Of a stretch of 64,000 nt of DNA, positions 38,386-50,849 are shown piece after piece. Within the stretch, counting starts at the first letter, position 1, and every line of letters begins with the position of its first letter. Made by a program: the position numbers and the translations under genes. Below the pieces are notes generated by a model, which was not told the DNA's origin, ran no database searches, and was given only the letters and a program-made list of their open reading frames with translations. Source of the DNA: Dipteris shenzhenensis (Eukaryota). The DNA lies in the NCBI GenBank assembly GCA_047967505.1, contig CM106538.1; one strand, written 5' to 3'.

Positions 38386-40550
38386 ATATCCCCCCCCGAC
38401 TGCCAAGTACAGGCGGTAGATGAAGCTGAAATTGTTACTTATTTCACAGTAGGAGCTACACCTCCATTTATTTGGATTTGCATATGCCTGCACTTCTATT
38501 TACATATACCTTTAGGGCAGAATGTGTTTATTGCATCCTTCCCTTAAGCTCCTTTGATTTGTATGTCCATTTGAACCAAAATCATCCTCATAATTTTCTG
38601 GAAGAATTTTATCATTGAACTTTATCATTCATCCTGGCTTTCATGATTTTTTGCTGCGCTTAATTTAAGATCAAGGCTTCCTGCCTTTGTTGACCTAGCG
38701 TTTCCAAAATAAACCACCTCCCTGAAAATGCTTTTTCTATATTTGAGTGATGCTCCATAGCCAACCTCAAAGAATGTATTTCTACTCAATTAAGAAGACT
38801 GCCTCTATTCCATGTACTAGATGGAATGTGGTGAAATCCATGGCCACCTTATGAGCGATACAAAGCTCTAGGCAACTGCTTTTCTTATACACAATTGTTC
38901 CTCTCAATCATGTTAGCAATGATGTTGTACATCGTCCCATTGCTCTATTCTGTTAGACCATCAAATTGAGGATAATATGCTGATGAATACATGTGCTTCG
39001 CAGAAAGCTTGGACAGTAAAATTTGCAACGTCTCCCCTATGAATGTGGGGTCATGATCCATTAGAGGGCATCCAAATTGTGAACAAATGTGTTCCACCAA
39101 GAAATTGGCCACCGTCTTAGCACTGTAAACCACCACCCTTTAGCTTCATCACACGTGCTAACAAAATCTGTAGGATAATACTTCTCATGGCAGGAATTGG
39201 TCCCATGAAATTCAGCCCTAATGTTTTGAAAGGGTCTAATGCAAGAATGGGGTGTAGCGGGACTCTTTTCAGGTCTCTTCTCCAAAAAGCTTGATAGGTA
39301 TGGCGAGTGGTACACCATTCCCGAATCTCTCTATGCATACTTGGCCAAAAGCACCCTCCCACCAAAACCTGTTTGCTATGTTTCCATGTGCAAGTGCGCC
39401 CCTCATGTCATGATTCCATCACTTCTTGTGATTCGTCCGGCATTTATCGGTCTTCATTTACGAGGTTTTATGCCACAAAGACTAGTTGCTCGATGAGATT
39501 GAGAGACGAGATTGGGAGTCTTAGCTATGCTCCACCCTGAGGGTGATAACCGATTTTTCTCTGTTGGATAGCATAGACTAGCAGTCCCCAGGTATAGCAT
39601 AGACCAACAGCCCACAGGGAGATGGCACAGTCGAGACGCGGAGTGAGAGAGATGACAAACCTACAAGTGCGTTGATGCATATATGAGGCTTGGGAATCTT
39701 CCCTCCATGTCCGTTAGACACTCGATGGGGTGATAGTGGCACCTGTCCAATGGAGAGCTATTGTGTTGAGACCACGCAGGTTGACTGATGCTAGCCTTCT
39801 ATCACGGATTTCATCCCTCTACAGCATTGATCACCATTAGAGCCTCTATTTCTTGGACCCTAGTGAACCCAGTTCCTCAAATAGCATAACCATCACAATG
39901 ATACCACATTGTATATTTATATTTCTCTTATTTGGACTTTTTTGGTCTCATAGAGCCTTTGATATTTCAAAGACTTAAATAAAGTTTCTTTCTTTCGTCG
40001 TAGTACCAACCATTTTTGTACAATGTATCCCCCAAGATCCTATAAGCCCTAGCTTTCATAAGCAACTTTTATTATTCCTACTTTGACATTTTACAACTTT
40101 TGTACAATGTATCTCCCAAGAGCCTATAAGCCCTAGCTTTCATAAGCAACTTTTATTGTTCCTACTTGGACATTTTACGGGGGTTTTCCTTCTTCTAGGT
40201 AGTTGTATATATACGTTGTATTGTTGACAGCCTCTCGAGACAATGCATCAGCTTGGGCATTTTGTTTCCTGATATCACGTCCAACTATTTGCACAATAGT
40301 TTTGCTTCTTCCTATGGGGACTTGAGGGCCTTGTTGTGCACCCAACAATAAGGAACCCACATTCTTTGAGGCTACCGAGTTTACTACATTTCCCTCTGCA
40401 ACGATCTCCTGACCATGAGGGTTACATAAGCATATTCCTATACTTCCCCTTCTTGTGTTTTCCTTTGAAATGGCTCGCCAAAGAATAAAGTATGCACTAG
40501 CCCACTCAATTTTTGGTGTCGATGTGTGCACTGTTTTGTATCTGTTTTCT
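38386..40550 (-). mobile_element. Highly degenerate Ty3/gypsy relic (RNase H-like + integrase + PPT)
   Basis: Integrase motifs FWPSMHREIREWC, LHPILALDPF..GLNFMGPI, VANFLVEHICSQFGCP and SAYYPQFDGLTE. RNase H-like NAQADALSREA at ~40240. On the minus strand, GGGGGGGG-ATA-TGTTAC at ~38397-38381 fits a PPT and LTR start. Confidence 0.75.
40014..40178. repeat. ~84-bp tandem duplication
   Basis: TTTTGTACAATGTATC.CCCAAGA.CCTATAAGCCCTAGCTTTCATAAGCAACTTTT occurs twice. Confidence 0.9.
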
Positions 40551-41177
40551 TTTCTTTCTCCTTGGTAAGATTTTCCACATTCTTCGCTACCTCCCTCCTT
40601 GTAAGCATATATGCTAAGGTAGTTTGAGTAGAGTTTTCCAGATAAAAGATAATTGAAATTCTCACAACTCCACTATACACTCACCAAATCTTCCTTCGGA
40701 TACATGATTTTTTTATGAGATATTGTATGATCATTTAATCTTCCAAAACACCCTAGTAGGATTGCCAAATGTTGACGGTCTTTTTCTTACCCCTTGGTCT
40801 AACTGATTTAATACTTACAATTGTTCTGCGTGAGCAAACCGTATGGTGATGGGTGAATAGACACTTGGGCGGATACAAGTAATGCTTGGAATACAAGAAG
40901 CAATAACTTAAATAACACAACCACACACTTGTATTACTCTAACTATTCTATTTGCATTACAAATGGCTCATAGCCGTAGAACCACTACTCAAACACTCTG
41001 ATGATTCTCACTCCTGCTCGCCTTGACTTGATGTTAAGACTTTATGAAAGCCAACTCATCTCAATCCCTCTAGCCTTTGCATGAACAATTTGTATTCAAT
41101 TTCTATGTACTAGACCTTGGACTCACGCTCTAGTAGTTGAGCTATGCTGCCTTCTAAACGTGTTCCTTTAATCTATA

Positions 41178-42511
41178 CCTTATGCATTTCTGCAACCTTG
41201 AATTTAGGCAATCCTACAACAATGTTTTGGGCCTGCATTGATTTAAGTCACTGTACATTAACATGACCAATGCGTTTATGCGAGATATCAATGTCTGCAG
41301 CTACACCAGTCCCATGTGCAAACATTGCTGCACTCAATTCAGGCATGTCCGCATCCAACGTAAACATCTTGCCCTTCTTCTTTCCTTTTACTATCAAGCG
41401 ACCATTATTTTTCATATCCTCAACAAAGCATCCATGAGGATTAAATCTGACCTGCAAGCCCTGCTCAACCATTTGACCAATAGAAACCAGGTTCTTGGTG
41501 ATATTCGGGACATGAAAGACATCAGACAGATATTTCTTTTTCCCATCCTGTATAGACAAAGGAATTTTACCAATCTATACAATAGGATGTGCAATATCAT
41601 CACCAGTCTCCACAAATCCTGGTCTATCCATTTTCCTTGCATCCTGCATCCATTCTGCATGACCTGTCATGTGGTTTGACACACCTGATTCAACATACCA
41701 CACATCATTTCGTTCTTTTGCACTTGTCACAGAATTGGTCATGTGCTACACCATAAATAGATTCTCATTTCTATCATCACCATGTCTACTAGAAGACACA
41801 TAATTGCATTGCTGCAATTTTCCATTCAAAATGTGATTCTAATTTTTGTAGCAGTCTTTAGCCATATGACCCATTTTACCACAGTAGCAGCATTCAACAT
41901 TGCTGTTTGCATTTTGGCCTCTTTGCCATCCACCACGACCTCTTTGGCTCCCCCTACCTCTAGAGTTACCACGTCCTCCTCCATAGGACTGGTTTTCTTG
42001 ATTTTGCTGCATATTCTCATTTCTATCACGGCCTCCAGATTGGCCTGCTCTACCTCTACCTCTACCTCTTCCAGCATTTGGGTAGAAGATATTTCTTTTG
42101 AAGTTCCTCCTAAAGAAGATGCACCAACATTTCTCTGCTCTTCAGAAATTAGAAGACTCTGAGCAAACAACTCCACAAAATCAAGAAATTTTTCACAAAT
42201 GGCAATGGATGTCCGGAACTATGCATAACCCTTTCCTAGACTATTCAAGGTCACATAAACTAAATCATCATCTTCCACTGGCAACCCAATGGAAGCAAGT
42301 GCATCTGCAATTTTCTTCACCTTCATGTGGTAGTCATTGATGCTCATATTTTCTCTCTGCACACTGTGCAACTCCTACTTGAGCTACATTTTTGTGGCTT
42401 GCATATTTGTGCTGTACATTTTTGCCAAAGTATCCCATGCCTCCTTTGGCGTAATTGCATCCTGAATATGCATAATGATAGAATCTGAATACTGATAGAC
42501 ATCTAGTACAT
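41178..42511 (-). mobile_element. Ty1/copia fragment (copy C): gag 3' part, zinc knuckle, protease, GAG-pre-integrase
   Basis: Co-linear with 46463-47795. Motifs VWYVESGVSNHMT, YLSDVFHVPNITKNLVS and HKRIGHVNVQ. Its gag is cut exactly where the LTR at 42512 starts. Confidence 0.9.
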
Positions 42512-45358
42512 TGTTGAGATTTCGAGCTGCACTCGTGATATGCCAGGGTGACCGTTGTGCATTTATGTCACTGACTTGTTAGCTGCAGATGCGGTTGGTA
42601 CACCGCCCATGAATAATAGCTGGATGACAGCTATCCTTATGTACTCTAGTTCATGGCTCAATTAGTATGCCACCTTAGTTAGCTGAGTTTGGTTTGAGAC
42701 CCACATATAGGGTTCTTCTATTTCTTTGTACTAGAGTTCTTTTGGCAATCACAACTAAGAAGACGGAAACTCTTTTCAGCCTCCACCTTTGTGTGTATTC
42801 CTCCATTATGTATGTGAGAAAGCCGCAAGTGAGACTCCTTCCTTCTCTCCCACTATCTTCACATGGTATCAGAGCCTGGTTTGTGGTAAGGAGCTCAAGA
42901 ACGCAAACCAAGTTCACGGTGTCTTGGTAAGAGGACCAGTGTTGCTTTCCTTTTTCGAGTTTGGGAGCAAATCTCTGCAGGTAGCATAGCTAGAAAGTGC
43001 AAGAGTGCATTGTCTCAGATTGAGACGCCCTTCGTGGTATGGCGAGAGGGCACTATATGCTGCGGGAAAGGGCAAAGCACTTGGTGACTTTATTTTTTTG
43101 ATTCGAGGCCTTTTCGGGGCCCGTTTTGGTGGCGGAATATTTCTGCAAGCACTGAGAAAAAGGCCCTATTTTTGCTGTGCGACCAGTACTCTACAGGTCG
43201 ATGAGAAGTTGTTGCAGAAATTGCATTGTATGCCTGTGTGCAGAGATATTGGGAGTTATAGAATTATCCTTATTGCCTGTTGATGCAAAATCGTCACTAG
43301 GAAGTGACTGTGTGGTCAAATACCACTTTCGTCAGTTTTGCAGATTTGCCCTTGTGAGGCAGAAGCTGTGAACTTTTTTGCAGTGACAGAATATTTTGCG
43401 GTGTTCTGTAATGGCGTCTGATTCTCTTTCACAGATTGTCACTGAAAAGTTTGACAAGAACAACTTCCAGGCATGGAAGTTCAGAATGACGAATTTCCTT
43501 ATGGGAAAAGGCTATTGGGAGTTCATTACAAGAAATGCAGAAGAACTAGTTCTTCCTAATGTTCCTAATCAACAGGAAATGCAAGCATTTAAAGGATGGC
43601 ATGAGAGAGCCAGAAAAGTTATGTACTGGCTATCTATTAGTATTTCGGATTCTATGATTGTGCATATTCAGGATGTAAGTATGCCAAAGGAGGCATGGGA
43701 TACTTTGGCAAAAATGTACAGCACAAATACACAAGCCAGGAAAATGCGACTCAAGCAGGAGTTGCACAATGTGCAGAGAGAAAATATGAGCATCAATGAC
43801 TACCACATGAAGGTGAAGAAAATTGCAGATGCACTTGCTTCCATTGGGTCTCCAGTGGAAGATGATGATTTAGTTTCTGTGACCTTAAATGGTCTAGGAA
43901 AGGATTATGCATAATTCTGGACATCCATTGCCGTCTGTGAAAAATTTCTTGATTTTGAGGAGTTGTTTGCTCTTCTAATTTCTGAAGAGCAGAGAAATGG
44001 TGGTGCATCTTCTTCAAGAGGAACTTCAAAAGAAACTGTCTTCTACTCAAATGCTAGAAGAGGTAGAGGCACAGGTAGAGGAGGCCGATCTAGAGGCCAT
44101 GGTAGAGATCAGAATATGTAGCAAACTCAAGAAAACCAGTCCTTTGGAGGAGGACGTGGTAACTCTAGAGGCAGAGGGAGACGGGCTTGCAAGTTAGATT
44201 TAATCCTCATGGATGCTTTGTTGACGATATGAAAAATAACGGTCTCTTGAAAACAAAAGGAAAGAAGAAGGGCAGGATGTTTACGTTGGATGCGGACATG
44301 CCTGAATTGAGTGCAGCAATGTTTGCACATGGGACCGGTGTAGTTGCAGATATTGATATCTGGCATAAACGCATTGGTCATGTTAATGTACAACGACTTA
44401 AATCAATGCAGGCCCAAAATATTGTTGCAGGATTGCTTAAATTCAACGTTGCAAAAATGCATAAGGTATGTGAAGCCTGTCAATTTGGAAAACAGGCAAG
44501 GAAACCATTTCTTAGACATGTTCAAGAGAGTAAGAGGCCATTGAAATTAATCCACTCTGATGTGTGGACTACTAAAGCTACATCTATTGGAGGCTATCAT
44601 TATTTTGTCCCTTTTATTGATGACTATAGGAAAAAAGTTTGGGTGCATTTTATGAAAAAGAAAAGTGAAGTGTTTGGGCATTTCAAAGCTTTTAAAGCTA
44701 TGGTTGAAAAAGAAATAGGCCTGTAAATAAAATGCCTAAGGTCAGATGGAGGGGGAGAGTACCTCTCAAATGAGTTTGCAAGGTCCCTACAGGAGCATGG
44801 CATAAAGCAGCAATATTCATGCAGTCATACCCCATAGCAAAATGGACTTGCAGAATGGAAAAATAGGCATATTGGAGAGGTATCTCAGGCCATGCTAAAT
44901 GAAAAAGACCAACTAGATTATTATTGGGCTGAAGCAGTTGCTACAGCAGTTTACATAATGAATAGGACTCCCACTGTAGCAATACATGGCATGACGCCAG
45001 AGGAGATGTATAGTGGTAGGAAACCAGATATTTCTCATTTGAAAATTTTTGGTTGCATTGCCTATGTTCATGTGCCAGATGAGTTGAGGTCCAAGTTGGA
45101 TCCAAAAGCTGAGAAGTGCATCTTTATTGGTTATTCTCTGCAACAAAGAGGGTATAGATGATATAACCCTTCTACTCGTAAGTTTATAGTCAGCAGAGAT
45201 GTTGTTTTTGATGAGATGCGCAGCTGGTATAAACCAGTAAATGTGATTGATGATATAGATGCACAAAATGGTAATGCTGCACAGAATTCACAGCAGCAAT
45301 CACAAAATATTAGTGGACTTGCAGTGTCCTCTAGTAGTGGTTCACATACTTCGCCATG
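42512..45358 (+). mobile_element. Ty1/copia (copy A): 5' LTR, PBS, gag, integrase; protease deleted, RT/RNase H absent
   Basis: LTR 42512-42863 (TGTTGAG...TTCACA) and PBS TGGTATCAGAGC at 42864-42875. gag MASDSLSQIVTEKFDKNNFQAWKFRM; integrase IHSDVW, RSDGGGEY, YWAEAVATAVY and KLDPKAEKCIFIGY. Confidence 0.95.
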
Positions 45359-48300
45359 AACAGGCTCACTTCCAGGTGCTCTCAAAACATCCCTGGTCTT
45401 CCTTACTCCAGGTGTAACAACAGAAGGAATACCCAATTTATCATCAATGCTCTGTTCTGAGCCACTGGACTCACCATCCACATAAGAGTGACCTGCATGC
45501 ACATCAAACATGGGCTGATCTACCTTCTCTTTTCCTTTCCGTGATACCTGCATACCACTATCTGCATTGCTTTGAGGAGATTCTCCTGATCTCAATCTGC
45601 TTGTCCATGGCGAAGTATGTGAACCACTGCTAGAGGACACTGCAGGTCCACTAATATTTTGTGATTGCTGCTGTGAATTCTGTGCAACATTACCATTTTG
45701 TGCAACTATATCATCAATCACATTTACTGGTTTATACCAGCCGCTCATCTCATCAAAAACATCTCTGCTCACTATAAACTTACAAGTAGAAGGGTTATAG
45801 CAACTATACCCTTTTTACTACAGAGAATAACCAATAAAGATGCACTTCTCAGCTTTTGGATCCAACTTGGACCTCAACTCATCTGGCACATGAACATAGG
45901 CAATGCAACCAAAAATTTTCAAATGAGAAATATCTGGTTTCCTACTAGTATACATCTCCTCTGGCATCATGCCATGTATTGCTGCAGTGGCAACTGCTTC
46001 AACCCAATAATAATGTGGTAGAACTTTTTCATTTAGCATGGCCCGAGATACCTCTCCAATATGCCTGTTTTTCCTTTCTGCAAGTCCATTTTGCTGTGGG
46101 GTATGACTGCATGAATATTGCTGCTTTATGCCATGCTCCTGTAGGAACCTTGCAAACTCATTTGAGAGGTACTCTCCCCCTCCATCTAACCTTAGGCATT
46201 TTATTTGTAGGCCTGTTTTTTTTTCAGCCATAGCTTTAAAAGCTTTGAAGTGCCCAAACACTTCACTTTTCTTTTTCATAAAATACACCCAAACTTTTCG
46301 GCTGTAGTCATCAATAAAAGTGACAAAATAATGATAGCCTCCAATAGATGCAGCTTTAGTAGTCCACACATCAGAGTGGATTAATTCCAATGGCTTCATA
46401 CTCTCTTGAATATGCCTAGGAAATGGTTTTCTTGCCTGTTTTCCAAATTGACAGGCTTCACATACCTTATGCATTTCTGCAACCTTGAATTTAGGCAATC
46501 CTGCAATAATATTTTGGGCCTGCATTGATTTGAGTCATTGTACATTAACATGACCAATGCGTTTATGCCAGATATCAATATCTGCAACTACACTGGTCCC
46601 ATGTGCAAACATTGCTGCACTCAATTCAGGCATGTCTGCATCCAACGTAAACATCCTGCCCTTCTTCTTTCCTTTTGCTATCAAGCGACCATTATTTTTC
46701 ATATCCTCAACAAAGCATCCATGAGGATTAAATATGACCTGCAAGCCTTGCTCAACCATTTGACCAACAGAAACCAGGTTCTTGGTGATATTCGGGACAT
46801 GAAATACATCAGACAGGTATTTATTTTTCCCATCCTGCATACACAAAGGAATTCTACCAATCTGCACAATAGGATGTGCAGTATCATCACTAGTCTCCAC
46901 AAATCCTGGTCTTTCCAATTTCCTTGCATCCTGCATCCATTCTGCATGACCTGTCATGTGGTTTGATGCACTTGAGACAACATACCACACATCATTTCAT
47001 TCTTTTGCACTTGTCACAGAATTGGTCATGTGCTGCACCATAAATCGATGCTCATTTCTGTCATCACCCTGCCTACTAGAAGATGCATAATTGCCTTGCT
47101 GCAATTTTCCATTCATAATGTCATTCTGCTTTTTGTAGCAGTCTTCAGCCATATGACCCATTTTACCACAATAGTAGGATTCAACATTCTTGTTTGCATT
47201 TTTACCTCTCTGCCATCCACCACGGCCTCTTTGGCTCCCCCTGCCTCTAGAGTTACCACGTCCTCCTCCATAGGACTGGTTTTCTTGAGTTTGCTGCATA
47301 TTTTGATTTCTACCATGGCCTCCAGATCAGCCTCCTCTACCTTTGCCTCTACCTCTTCCAGCATTTGAGTAGAAGATAGTTTCTTTTGAAGTTCCTCCTG
47401 AAGAAGATGCACCACCATTTCTCTGCTCTTCAGAAATTAGAAGAGCAAACAGTTCCTCAAAATCAGGAAATTTTTCACGAACGGCAATGGATGTCCGAAA
47501 CTGTGCATAATCCTTTCCTAGACCATTCAAGGTCACAAAAACTAAATGATCATCTTCCACTGGCGACCCAATGGAAGCAAGTGCATTTGCAAGTTTCTTC
47601 ACCTTCATGTGGTAGTCATTGATGCTCATATTTTCTCTCTGCACATTGTGCAACTCCTGCTTGAGCTGCATTTTCCTAGCTTGCGTATTTGTGTTGTACA
47701 TTTTTTCCAAAGTATCCCATGCCTCCTTTGGCGTACTTGCATCCTGAATATGCACAATCATAGAATCCAAAATATTGATAGACAGCCAATACATAACTTT
47801 TGTGGCTCTCTCATGCCATCCTTTAAATGCCTGGATTTCCTATTGATTGGGAACATTAGGAAGAACTGGTTCTTCTTCATTTCCTGTAATGAACTCCCAA
47901 TAGCCTTTTCCCATAAGGAAATTCGTCATTCTAAACTTCCATGCTTGGAAGTTATTCTTGTCAAGCTTTTCAGTGACAATCTGTGAAAGAGAATCAGACG
48001 CAATTACAGAACACTGCAAAAAATTATGTCACTGCAGAAAACACAGCTTCTGCCTCACACAGGCAAATCTGCAAAACTGATGAAAGTGGTATTTGACCAC
48101 ACAGTCACTTCCTAGTGACGATTTTGCATGAATAGGCAACAAGGATGATTCTGTAACTCCCAATATCTGTGCGCACAGGCATACGATGCAATTTCTATGG
48201 CAACTTTTCACCGACCTACAAAGCAGTGGTTGCACAGCAAAAACAAGGCCTTTTTCTGAGTGCCCACGAAGAGCTTCCGCCTTCAAAACGGGCCCCGAAA

Positions 48301-48900
48301 TGGCCTTGAATCAGAAAAATAAAGTCACCAAGGGCTTCACTCATTCCCGCAGCATATATTGCCCTCTCGCCACACTGCGAAGGGCATCTCAATCTGAGAC
48401 AGTGCACTCTTGCACTTCCGGTTGTGCTACCTGCATATATTTTCTCCCAAACTTGAAAAAGGAAAGCAACACTGGTCCTCTTACCAGGACACCGCGAACT
48501 TGGTTTGCTTTTTTGAGCTCCTTACCATAAACTAGGCTCTAATACCATGTGAAGATAGTGGGAGAGAGGGAAGGAAGCTCACTTGTGGCTTTCTCACATA
48601 CACAATGGGGGAATACACACAAAGGTGGAGGCTGAAAACTGTTTTCCTCTTCTTAGTTGTGAAAGCCAAAAGAACTCTTGTATAAAGAAAATAGAAGAAC
48701 CCTATATGTGGGTCTCAAACCAAACTCAGCTAACTAAGGTGGCATACTAACTGAGCCACGAACTAGAGTAGATAAGGATAGCTATCATCTAGCTATTATT
48801 CATGGGCGGTGTACCAACCGCATCTGCAACTAACAAGTCGGTGATATAAATGCACAACGGTCACCCTGGCATATCAGGAGTGGAGCTCGATATCTCAACA
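45359..48900 (-). mobile_element. Ty1/copia (copy B): 5' LTR, PBS, gag, protease, integrase; RT/RNase H absent
   Basis: LTR 48548-48900 (reverse complement of 42512-42863, roughly 93% identical by eye) and PBS at 48536-48547. ORFs 47327-47794, 46535-46990 and 45818-46525 carry gag, protease and integrase motifs. Confidence 0.95.
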
Positions 48901-49089
48901 GGTACATGATCCAAGTTACACCACGAAGTAAGAAAATCTTTGAAGATAGAGATGTGGATATGGACATGCCACTACCAATGCTGGATCCAATTGATCTAGA
49001 TGGATTTATAGTGGTCATGTTGGAGCATTGCTCCATGGGGATTGATGCCCATGCCTCTCAATGAATGTGTAGTCTATAGGCCACTTGGA

Positions 49090-50690
49090 TCCTCATCATG
49101 GTGAGAGCTAGTGGTTTGTCCAAAGGGAGACCGTGAGTGGCACATGATTGAATGCATTCACGGCACATGCAGTTTGAACCTGAAGAAGAAGACATTCAAT
49201 GTCTGTCAAAATGAATGAGGGAAGACAACCACATTGCTCTAAAATGGAGGATGTCAATGTTAAAGGATCCGATAAAAAGAGATGGCTACTGTCATATAAA
49301 AGCACCTAGCCAAGGGAGCTTGTAGGTCACATGGTTCAATACATCCCAAATATGTGCTTCACAATTTCATGGCCAGCTGGTAGGATAAGCAGTTTAGGAC
49401 GTGCCTTGCCAATTTTCTCGGTGACACTATTGTATCTGTCATAGATTTTGCAGAAAATTATCTTTTCAAGAACAAGATGAGATACAAAGTGCTCACTGGT
49501 ACAACAAGCAGATACCAATTCTTGTGCATATCACATACAGTCACTTACTTGATTCTTCCATGCCTAATTCCAATCTACTTGCTGACTCACAGGAGTCCAG
49601 CTCAGTGCAACGGACTTACCATTTCTACATTTCAAATGATAGGAAACATGACACCCTATTTGTATAGCATGCTTTTCTACTGCATTGGGAATGGCTTAAA
49701 AAGGAAACTCCCCATGTAGAAAATAAAAAACAACATTGGGTGTGGTCAGATGGTGCTGCCTCTCAATTTAAATCAGCATGTGGATTCTACTTTGTCTCAA
49801 GCTTCAAATCCCTGACCGGGTCTACACATGATGTGGAATTTCTTTAGGTCTAGTGATGGCAAGGGTAAACATGATGGATGTGGTGTTGTTATTAAGCAAG
49901 ATCTGTTTAAACATCAATTAGCATGCCCTCAAAAAAAACTCAATGATGCCCATGATGCTATAACATGGCTTATAGCCAACCTCTCCATAGGCGTGCATTC
50001 AACATACAGTTAAAAAAGCCTTAAGAATATTGTAGTATGTAGAGTGTTCCATGAAGTGAAAGTGGATGAAGTGAAAAGGAGAAGCTCGTACGATTGCGAG
50101 AAAATTAAAGGAGTTCGTGGTCTACATAGCATATGTGGCTTTTCAAGCAACCAATTGATTAAAACGAGAAAAAATTCTTATTTTTGTAGTGTGTGCATCA
50201 TAGGGGATCATGACGATTGTGAGAACATTGCAACTGCAAAGACATTGGAGCGAGTTCAAGTTTTTCCTCTACATTCATATGGAGTGAAATGACTCGCTAT
50301 AGTACGTAGAGTGTTCCATGAAGTGAGTAGTTGCAGATTCTAGGGAGAATGAGGAAGTGGACCCATACTCTCTGTTGCAGTGCACAAAACCTAAGTACAA
50401 GGTTGAGGAAACATTTAATGATAATTGGGGAAAAACCTAAGAGAAGTGGGATGTAGTAGTCAGAGCTTTTTGGTACAAAAAAACAATCAAGAGAGGCTAC
50501 AATTACGAACTACTATATAAGAGTCCACAAACATGTGGGTACTCTCATCTAGTAAGAGCTATTAAGTTCCAGATGCAACCTATGCCACAATGAAAGAAGG
50601 GCAAGAGTGTCTTCAAATTGGATTTAGACACACATGAGCACATCTTGGGGTGTCTTGGAGCAATGGATGAGGACGATTTAGATAGTACTA
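49090..50690 (+). pseudogene. Degenerate DDD-type DNA transposase, Sola2-like
   Basis: Motifs HWVWSDGAASQFKS (~49735), WNFF..SDGKGKHDGCGVVIK (ORF 49828) and IKGVRGLHSI...C.VCIIGDHDDC (ORF 50044), with an N-terminal VCPK...WH..ECIHG.C (~49115). SDGAASQFK plus (H)GKG..DG.G..VK is the pattern I recall for Sola2. Confidence 0.65.
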
Positions 50691-50849
50691 AGAAAATGTA
50701 CCTAGTCTCATTGAGGTCTCATTGCAGGGAACAATATGTCCACTTGTCCTACAAAATGGAATTTGTATTGAGACTACTTTTTAGTATATTCTAAACAACC
50801 ACGGTGCTGGTTTTATTAAATTGTTTTTGTAAATCCCAAACGGTAAAAC

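Noticed and set aside
41263-47986. Antisense and alternate-frame ORFs repeated across the copia copies
   Set aside because: They are shadows of the gag/pol frame and recur only because the element is repeated.
42506-48907. GTACAT on both sides of the copia palindrome as a TSD
   Set aside because: It is offset by one base on the right (G-GTACAT), and the left copy is simply gag sequence of copy C. It is not a valid 5-bp TSD.
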